Below the pieces are notes generated by a model. The model searched no databases and was not told where the DNA came from. It saw only the letters and a list, made by a program, of their open reading frames with translations. A stretch of DNA of 64,000 bases, taken from Eledone cirrhosa. Taxonomy: Eukaryota. Positions 52,505 to 61,450 of the stretch are shown here, piece after piece; the stretch's first letter is position 1, and the number at the start of each line of letters is the position of its first letter. Position numbers and translations under genes: made by a program. Location: NCBI GenBank assembly GCA_964016885.1, contig OZ024740.1, forward strand, positions 12,462,001 to 12,526,000, read 5' to 3'.

Positions 52505-54549
52505 ATCTTGTCTCTAGTCTACCGTCTTGTCTATAGTCTAATGCCTCTAGTCTAATATCTTGTCTCTTGTCTAATGTCTCTAGTCTAATATCTTGTCACT
52601 AGACTAATGTCTCTAGTCTAATGTCTTGTCTCTAGTCTAATGTCTTGTCTCTAGTCTAATGTCTCTAGTCTAATGTCTTGTCTCTAGTCTAATATCTTGT
52701 CTCTAGTCTAATGTCTTGTCTCTAGTCTAATGTCTCTAGTCTAATGTCTTGTTTCTAGTCTAATGTCTCTAGTCTAATGTCTTGTCTCTAGTCTAATATC
52801 TTGTCTCTAGTCTAATGTCTTGTCTCTAGTCTAATGTCTCTAGTCTAATGTCTCTAGTCTAATATCTTGTCTCTAGTCTAATGTCTCTAGTCTAATGTCT
52901 AGTCTCTAGTCTAATGTCTCTAGTCTAACGTCTTGTCTCTAGTCTAATATCTTGTCTCTAGTCTAATGTCTCTAGTCTAATGTCTTGTCTCTAGTCTAAT
53001 GTCTTGTCTCTAGTCTAACGTCTTGTCTCTAGTCTAATGTCTCTAGTCTAATGTCTCTAGTGTAATGTCTTGTCTCTAGTCTAATGTCTTGTCTCAAATC
53101 TAATGTCTTGTCTCTAGTCTAATGTCTCTAGTCTAATGTCTTGTCTCTAGTCTAATATCTTGTCTCTAGTCTAATGTCTTGTCTCTAGTCTAATGTCTCT
53201 AGTCTAATGTCTTGTTTCTAGTCTAATGTCTCTAGTCTAATGTCTTGTCTCTAGTCTAATATCTTGTCTCTAGTCTAATGTCTTGTCTCTAGTCTAATGT
53301 CTCTAGTCTAATGTCTTGTCTCTAGTCTAACGTCTTGTCTCTAGTCTAATGTCTCTAGTGTAATGTCTTGTCTCTAGTCTAATGTCTTGTCTCTAGTCTA
53401 ACGTCTTGTATCTAGTCTAATGTCTCTAGTCTAATGTCTTGTCTCTAGTCTAATATCTTGTCTCTAGTCTAATGTCTCTAGTCTAATGTCTTGTCTCTAG
53501 TCTAATGTCTCTAGTCTAATGTCTTGTCACTAGTCTAATGTCTTGTCTCTAGTCTAATGTCTCTAGTCTAATATCTTGTCTCTAGTCTAATGTCTCTTGT
53601 CTAATGTCTTGTCTCTAGTCTAATGTCTCTAGTCTAATGTCTTGTCTCTAGTCTAATGTCTCTAGTCTAATGTCTTGTCTCTAGTCTAATATCTTGTCTC
53701 TAGTCTAATGACTCTAGTCTAATGTCTTGTGTCTAGTCTAATATCTTGTCTCTAATCTAATGTCTCTAGTCTAATGTCTTGTCTCTAGTCTAACGACTTG
53801 TCTCTAGTCTAATGTCTCTAGTCTAATGTCTTGTCTCTAGTCTAGTGTCTCTAGTCTAATGTCTTGTCTCTAGTCTAATGTCTTGTCTCTAGTCTAATAT
53901 CTTGTCTCTAGTCTAATGTCTTGTCTCTAGTCTAATGTCTCTAGTCTAATGTCTTGTCTCTAGTCTAATGTCTCTAGTCTAATGTCTTGTCTCTAGTCTA
54001 ATGTCTTGTCTCTAATCTAATATCTTGTCTCTAGTCTAATGTCTTGTCTCTAGTCTAATGTCTCTAGTCTAATGTCTTGTCTCTAGTCTAATGTCTCTAG
54101 TCTAATGTCTTGTCTCTAGTCTAATATCTTGTCTCTAGTCTAATGTCTCTAATCTAATGTCTTGTCTCTAGTCTAATGTCTCTAGTCTAATGTCTTGTCT
54201 CTAGTCTAATGTCTTGTCTCTAGTCTAATGTCTCTAGTCTAATGTCTTGTCTCTAGTCTAATGTCTCTATTCTAATGTCTTGTCTCTAGTCTAATGTCTC
54301 TAGTCTAATGTCTTGTCTCTAGTCTAATATCTTGTCTCTAGTCTAATGTCTCTAATCTAATGTCTTGTCTCTAGTCTAATGTCTCTAGTCTAATGTCTTG
54401 TCTCTAGTCTAATGTCTTGTCTCTAGTCTAATGTCTCTAGTCTAATATCTTGTCTCTAGTCTAATGTCTCTAGTCTAATGTCTAGTCTCTAGCCTAATGT
54501 CTCTAGTCTAACGTCTTGTCTCTAGTCTAATATCTTGTCTCTAGTCTAA

Positions 54550-56610
54550 TGTCTCTAGTCTAATGTCTTGTCTCTAGTCTAATGTCTTGTCTCTAGTCTA
54601 ACGTCTTGTCTCTAGTCTAATGTCTCTAGTCTAATGTCTCTAGTGTAATGTCTTGTCTCTAGTCTAATGTCTTGTCTCTAGTCTAATGTCTCTAGTCTAA
54701 TGTCTCTATTCTAATGTCTTGTCTCTAGTCTAATGTCTCTAGTCTAATGTCTTGTCTCTAGTCTAATATCTTGTCTCTAGTCTAATGTCTCTAATCTAAT
54801 GTCTTGTCTCTAGTCTAATGTCTTGTCTCTAGTCTAATGTCTTTAGTCTAATATCTTGTCTCTAGTCTAATGTCTAGTCTCTAGTCTAATGTCTCTAGTC
54901 TAACGTCTTGTCTCTAGTCTAATATCTTGTCTCTAGTCTAATGTCTCTAGTCTAATGTCTTGTCTCTAGTCTAATGTCTTGTCTCTAGTCTAACGTCTTG
55001 TCTCTAGTCTAATGTCTCTAGTCTAATGTCTCTAGTGTAATGTCTTGTCTCTAGTCTAATGTCTTGTCTCAAATCTAATGTCTTGTCTCTAGTCTAATGT
55101 CTCTAGTCTAATGTCTTGTCTCTAGTCTAATATCTTGTCTCTAGACTAATGTCTTGTCTCTAGTCTAATGTCTTGTCTCTAGTCTAATATCTTGTCTCTA
55201 GTCTAATGTCTCTAGTCTAATGTCTTGTCTCTAGTCTAACGTCTTGTCTCTAGTCTAATGTCTCTAGTGTAATGTCTTGTCTCTAGTCTAATGTCTTGTC
55301 TCTAGTCTAACGTCTAGTATCTAGTCTAATGTCTCTAGTCTAATATCTTGTCTCTAGTCTAATGTCTCTAGTCTAATATCGTGTCACTAGTCTAATGTCT
55401 CTAGTCTAATATCTTGTCTCTAGTCTACCGTCTTGTCTCTAGTCTAATGTCTCTAGTCTAATATCTTGTCTCTTGTCTAATGTCTCTAGTCTAATATCTT
55501 GTCACTAGACTAATGTCTCTAGTCTAATGTCTTGTCTCTAGTCTAATGTCTTGTCTCTAGTCTAATGTCTCTAGTCTAATGTCTTGTCTCTAGTCTAATG
55601 TCTTGTCTCTAGTCTAACGTCTTGTCTCTAGTCTAATGTCTCTAGTCTAATGTCTCTAGTGTAATGTCTTGTCTCTAGTCTAATGTCTTGTCTCTAGTCT
55701 AATGTCTCTAGTCTAATGTCTCTATTCTAATGTCTTGTCTCTAGTCTAATGTCTCTAGTCTAATGTCTTGTCTCTAGTCTAATATCTTGTCTCTAGTCTA
55801 ATGTCTCTAATCTAATGTCTTGTCTCTAGTCTAATGTCTTGTCTCTAGTCTAATGTCTTTAGTCTAATATCTTGTCTCTAGTCTAATGTCTAGTCTCTAG
55901 TCTAATGTCTCTAGTCTAACGTCTTGTCTCTAGTCTAATATCTTGTCTCTAGTCTAATGTCTCTAGTCTAATGTCTTGTCTCTAGTCTAATGTCTTGTCT
56001 CTAGTCTAACGTCTTGTCTCTAGTCTAATGTCTCTAGTCTAATGTCTCTAGTGTAATGTCTTGTCTCTAGTCTAATGTCTTGTCTCAAATCTAATGTCTT
56101 GTCTCTAGTCTAATGTCTCTAGTCTAATGTCTTGTCTCTAGTCTAATATCTTGTCTCTAGACTAATGTCTTGTCTCTAGTCTAATGTCTTGTCTCTAGTC
56201 TAATATCTTGTCTCTAGTCTAATGTCTCTAGTCTAATGTCTTGTCTCTAGTCTAACGTCTTGTCTCTAGTCTAATGTCTCTAGTGTAATGTCTTGTCTCT
56301 AGTCTAATGTCTTGTCTCTAGTCTAACGTCTAGTATCTTGTCTAATGTCTCTAGTCTAATATCTTGTCTCTAGTCTAATGTCTCTAGTCTAATATCGTGT
56401 CACTAGTCTAATGTCTCTAGTCTAATATCTTGTCTCTAGTCTACCGTCTTGTCTCTAGTCTAATGTCTCTAGTCTAATATCTTGTCTCTTGTCTAATGTC
56501 TCTAGTCTAATATCTTGTCACTAGACTAATGTCTCTAGTCTAATGTCTTGTCTCTAGTCTAATGTCTTGTCTCTAGTCTAATGTCTCTAGTCTAATGTCT
56601 TGTCTCTAGT
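54550..56610. repeat. 1016-bp tandem duplication
   Basis: CTTTAG at 54841/55857; CGTCTAGTAT at 55311/56327; ATCTTGTCTCTAGACTAA at ~55132/~56148. Confidence 0.88.
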
Positions 56611-58489
56611 CTAATGTCTCTAGTCTAATGTCTTGTTTCTAGTCTAATGTCTCTAGTCTAATGTCTTGTCTCTAGTCTAATATCTTGTCTCTAGTCTAAT
56701 GTCTTGTCTCTAGTCTAATGTCTCTAGTCTAATGTCTTGTCTCTCGTCTAATATCTTGTCTCTAGTCTAATGTCTTTTCTCTAGTCTAATGTCTCTAGTC
56801 TAATGTCTTGTTTCTAGTCTAATGTCTCTAGTCTAATGTCTTGTCTCTAGTCTAATATCTTGTCTCTAGTGTAATGTCTCTAGTCTAATGTCTTGTCTCT
56901 CGTCTAATATCTTGTGTCTAGTCTAATGTCTTGTCTCTAGTCTAATGTCTCTAGTCTAATGTCTTGTTTCTAGTCTAATGTCTCTAGTCTAATGTCTTGT
57001 CTCTAGTCTAATATCTTGTCTCTAGTCTAATGTCTCTAGTCTAATATCTTGTCTCTAGTCTAATGTCTCTAGCCTAATGTCTTGTCTCTAGTCTAATATC
57101 TTGTCTCTAGTCTAATGTCTCTAGTCTAATGTCTCTAGTCTAATGTCTTGTCTCTAGTCTAATATCTTGTCTCTAGTCTAATGTCTCTAGTCTAATGTCT
57201 TGTCTCTAGTCTAATGTCTCTAGTCTAATGTCTTGTCTCTAGTCTAATGTCTCTAGTCTAATGTCTTGTCTCTAGTCTAATATCTTGTCTCTAGTCTAAT
57301 GTCTTGTCTCTAGTCTAATGTCTCTAGTCTAATGTCTTGTTTCTAGTCTAATGTCTCTAGTCTAATGTCTTGTCTCTAGTCTAATATCTTGTCTCTAGTC
57401 TAATGTCTCTAGTCTAATGTCTTGTCTCTAGTCTAATGTCTCTAGTCTAATGTCTTGTCTCTAGTCTAATATCTTGTCTCTAGTCTAATGTCCCTAGTCT
57501 AATGTCTTGTCTCTAGTCTAATATCTTGTCTCTAGTCTAATGTCTCTAGTCTAATGTCTTGTCTCTAGTCTAACGTCTCTAGTCTAATGTCTTGTCTCTA
57601 GTCTAATGTCTCTAGTCTAATGTCTTGTCTCTAGTCTAATATCTTGTCTCTAGTCTAATGTCTCTAGTCTAATGTCTCTAGTCTAATGTCTTGTCTCTAG
57701 TCTAATATCTTGTCTCTAGTCTAATGTCTCTAGTCTAATGTCTTGTCTCTAGTCTAATATCTTGTCTCTAGTCTAATGTCTCTAGTCTAATGTCTTGTCT
57801 CTAGTCTAATGTCTCTAGTCTAATGTCTTGTCACTAGTCTAATGTCTTGTCTCTAGTCTAATGTCTCTAGTCTAATATCTTGTCTCTAGTCTAATGTCTC
57901 TTGTCTAATGTCTTGTCTCTAGTCTAATGTCTCTAGTCTAATGTCTTGTCTCTAGTCTAATGTCTCTAGTCTAATGTCTTGTCTCTAGTCTAATATCTTG
58001 TCTCTAGTCTAATGTCTCTAGTCTAATGTCTTCTCTCTAGTCTAATATCTTGTCTCTAGTCTAATGTCTCTAGTCTAATGTCTTGTCTCTAGTCTAATAT
58101 CCTGTCTCTAGTCTAATGTCTCTAGTCTAATGTCTTGTCTCTAGTCTAACGACTTGTCTCTAGTCTAATGTCTCTAGTCTAATGTCTTGTCTCTAGTCTA
58201 GTGTCTCTAGTCTAATGTCTTGTCTCTAGTCTAATGTCTTGTCTCTAGTCTAATATCTTGTCTCTAGTCTAATGTCTTGTCTCTAGTCTAATGTCTCTAG
58301 TCTAATGTCTTGTCTCTAGTCTAATGTCTCTAGTCTAATGTCTTGTCTCTAGTCTAATGTCTTGTCTCTAGTCTAATATCTTGTCTCTAGTCTAATGTCT
58401 TGTCTCTAGTCTAATGTCTCTAGTCTAATGTCTTGTCTCTAGTCTAATGTCTCTAGTCTAATGTCTTGTCTCTAGTCTAATATCTTGTC

Positions 58490-61450
58490 TCTAGTCTAAT
58501 GTCTCTAATCTAATGTCTTGTCTCTAGTCTAATGTCTCTAGTCTAATGTCTTGTCTCTAGTCTAATGTCTTGTCTCTAGTCTAATGTCTCTAGTCTAATA
58601 TCTTGTCTCTAGTCTAATGTCTCTAGTCTAATGTCTAGTCTCTAGTCTAATGTCTCTAGTCTAACGTCTTGTCTCTAGTCTAATATATCGTCTCTAGTCT
58701 AATGTCTCTAGTCTAATGTCTTGTCTCTAGTCTAATATCTTGTCTCTAGTCTAATGTCTCTAGTCTAATGTCTTGTCTCTAGTCTAATGTCTTGTCTCTA
58801 GTCTAACGTCTTGTCTCTAGTCTACTGTCTCTAGTGTAATGTCTCTAGTGTAATGTCTTGTCTCTAGTCTAATGTCTTGTCTCAAATCTAATGTCTTGTC
58901 TCTAGCCTAATGTTTCTAGTCTAATGTCTTGTCTCTAGTCTAATATCTTGTCTCTAGTCTAATGTCTTGTCTCTAGTCTAATGTCTCTAGTCTAATGTCT
59001 TGTTTCTAGTCTAATGTCTCTAGTCTAATGTCTTGTCTCTAGTCTAATATCTTGTCTCTAGTCTAATGTCTTGTCTCTAGTCTAATGTCTCTAGTCTAAT
59101 GTCTTGTCTCTAGTCTAACGTCTTGTCTCTAGTCTAATGTCTCTAGTGTAATGTCTTTTCTCTAGTCTAATGTCTTGTCTCTAGTCTAATATCTTGTGTC
59201 TAGTCTAATGTCTTCTCTCTAGTCTAATGTCTCTAGTCTAATGTCTTGTTTCTAGTCTAATGTCTCTAGTCTAACGTCTTGTCTCTAGTCTAATGTCTCT
59301 AGTCTAATGTCTTGTCTCTAGTCTAATGTCTCTAGTCTAATGTCTTGTCTCTAGTCTAATGTCTCTAGTCTAATGTCTTGTCTCTAGTCTAATATCTTGT
59401 CTCTAGTCTAATGTCTCTAGTCTAATGTCTTGTCTCTAGTCTAATGTCTCTAGTCTAATGTCTTGTCTCTAGTCTAATGTCTCTAGTCTAATGTCTTGTC
59501 TCTAGTCTAATATCTTGTCTCTAGTCTGTCTTGTCTCTAGTCTAATGTCTCTAGTCTAATGTCTTGTTTCTAGTCTAATGTCTCTAGTCTAATGTCTTGT
59601 CTCTAGTCTAATATCTTGTCTCTAGTCTAATGTCTCTAGTCTAATGTCTTGTCTCTAGTCTAATGTCTCTAGTCTAATGTCTTGTCTCTAGTCTAATATC
59701 TTGTCTCTAGTCTAATGTCCCTAGTCTAGTGTCTTGTCTCTAGTCTAATATCTTGTCTCTAGTCTAATGTCTCTAGTCTAATGTCTTGTCTCTAGTCTAA
59801 TGTCTCTAGTCTAATGTCTTGTCTCTAGTCTAATGTCTCTAGTCTAATATCTTGTCTCTAGTCTAATGTCTCTAGTCTAATGTCTCTAGTCTAATGTCTT
59901 GTCTCTAGTCTAATGTCTCTAGTCTAATGTCTTGTCACTAGTCTAATGTCTTGTCTCTAGTCTAATGTCTCTAGTCTAATATCTTGTCTCTAGTCTAATG
60001 TCTCTTGTCTAATGTCTTGTCTCTAGTCTAATGTCTTGTCTCTAGTCTAATGTCTCTAGTCTAATGTCTTGTCTCTAGTCTAATATCTTGTCTCTAGTCT
60101 AATGTCTCTAGTCTAATGTCTCTAATCTAATGTCTTGTCTCTAGTCTAATGTCTCTAGTCTAATGTCTTGTCTCTAGTCTAATGTCTTGTCTCTAGTCTA
60201 ATGTCTCTAGTCTAATATCTTGTCTCTAGTCTAATGTCTCTAGTCTAATGTCTAGTCTCTAGTCTAATGTCTCTAGTCTAACGTCTTGTCTCTAGTCTAA
60301 TATCTCGTCTCTAGTCTAATGTCTCTAGTCTAATGTCTTGTCTCTAGTCTAATATCTTGTCTCTAGTCTAATGTCTCTAGTCTAATGTCTTGTCTCTAGT
60401 CTAATGTCTTGTCTCTAGTCTAACGTCTTGTCTCTAGTCTAATGTCTCTAGTGTAATGTCTCTAGTGTAATGTCTTGTCTCTAGTCTAATGTCTTGTCTC
60501 AAATCTAATGTCTTGTCTCGAGTCTAATGTCTCTAGTCTAATGTCTTGTCTCTAGTCTAATATCTTGTCTCTAGTCTAATGTCTTGTCTCTAGTCTAATG
60601 TCTCTAGTCTAATGTCTTGTTTCTAGTCTAATGTCTCTAGTCTAATGTCTTGTCTCTAGTCTAATATCTTGTCTCTAGTCTAATGTCTTGTCTCTAGTCT
60701 AATGTCTCTAGTCTAATGTCTTGTCTCTAGTCTAACGTCTTGTCTCTAGTCTAATGTCTCTAGTGTAATGTCTTGTCTCTAGTCTAATGTCTTGTCTCTA
60801 GTCTAATATCTTGTGTCTAGTGTAATGTCTTGTCTCTAGTCTAATGTCTCTAGTCTAATGTGTTGTTTCTAGTCTAATGTCTCTAGTCTAATGTCTTGTC
60901 TCTAGTCTAATGTCTCTAGTCTAATGTCTTGTCTCTAGTCTAATGTCTCTAGTCTAATGTCTTGTCTCTAGTCTAATGTCTCTAGTCTAATGTCTTGTCT
61001 CTAGTCTAATATCTTGTCTCTAGTCTAATGTCTCTAGTCTAATGTCTCTAGTCTAATGTCTTGTCTCTAGTCTAATATCTTGTCTCTAGTCTAATGTCTC
61101 TAGTCTAATGTCTTGTCTCTAGTCTAATGTCTCTAGTCTAATGTGTTGTCTCTAGTCTAATGTCTCTAGTCTAATGTCTTGTCTCTAGTCTAATATCTTG
61201 TCTCTAGTCTAATGTCTTGTCTCTAGTCTAATGTCTCTAGTCTAATGTCTTGTTTCTAGTCTAACGTCTCTAGTCTAATGTCTTGTCTCTAGTCTAATAT
61301 CTTGTCTCTAGTCTAATGTCTCTAGTCTAATGTCTTGTCTCTAGTCTAATGTCTCTAGTCTAATGTCTTGTCTCTAGTCTAATATCTTGTCTCTAGTCTA
61401 ATGTCCCTAGTCTAATATCTTGTCTCTAGTCTAATATCTTGTCTCTAGTC
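58490..61450. repeat. Diverged duplication with offset ~1617 in its left part
   Basis: The double GTGTAATGTCTCTAGTGTAA marker is at 58834/60451. CGTCTC and TCAAATC markers occur in the same order. Confidence 0.72.
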
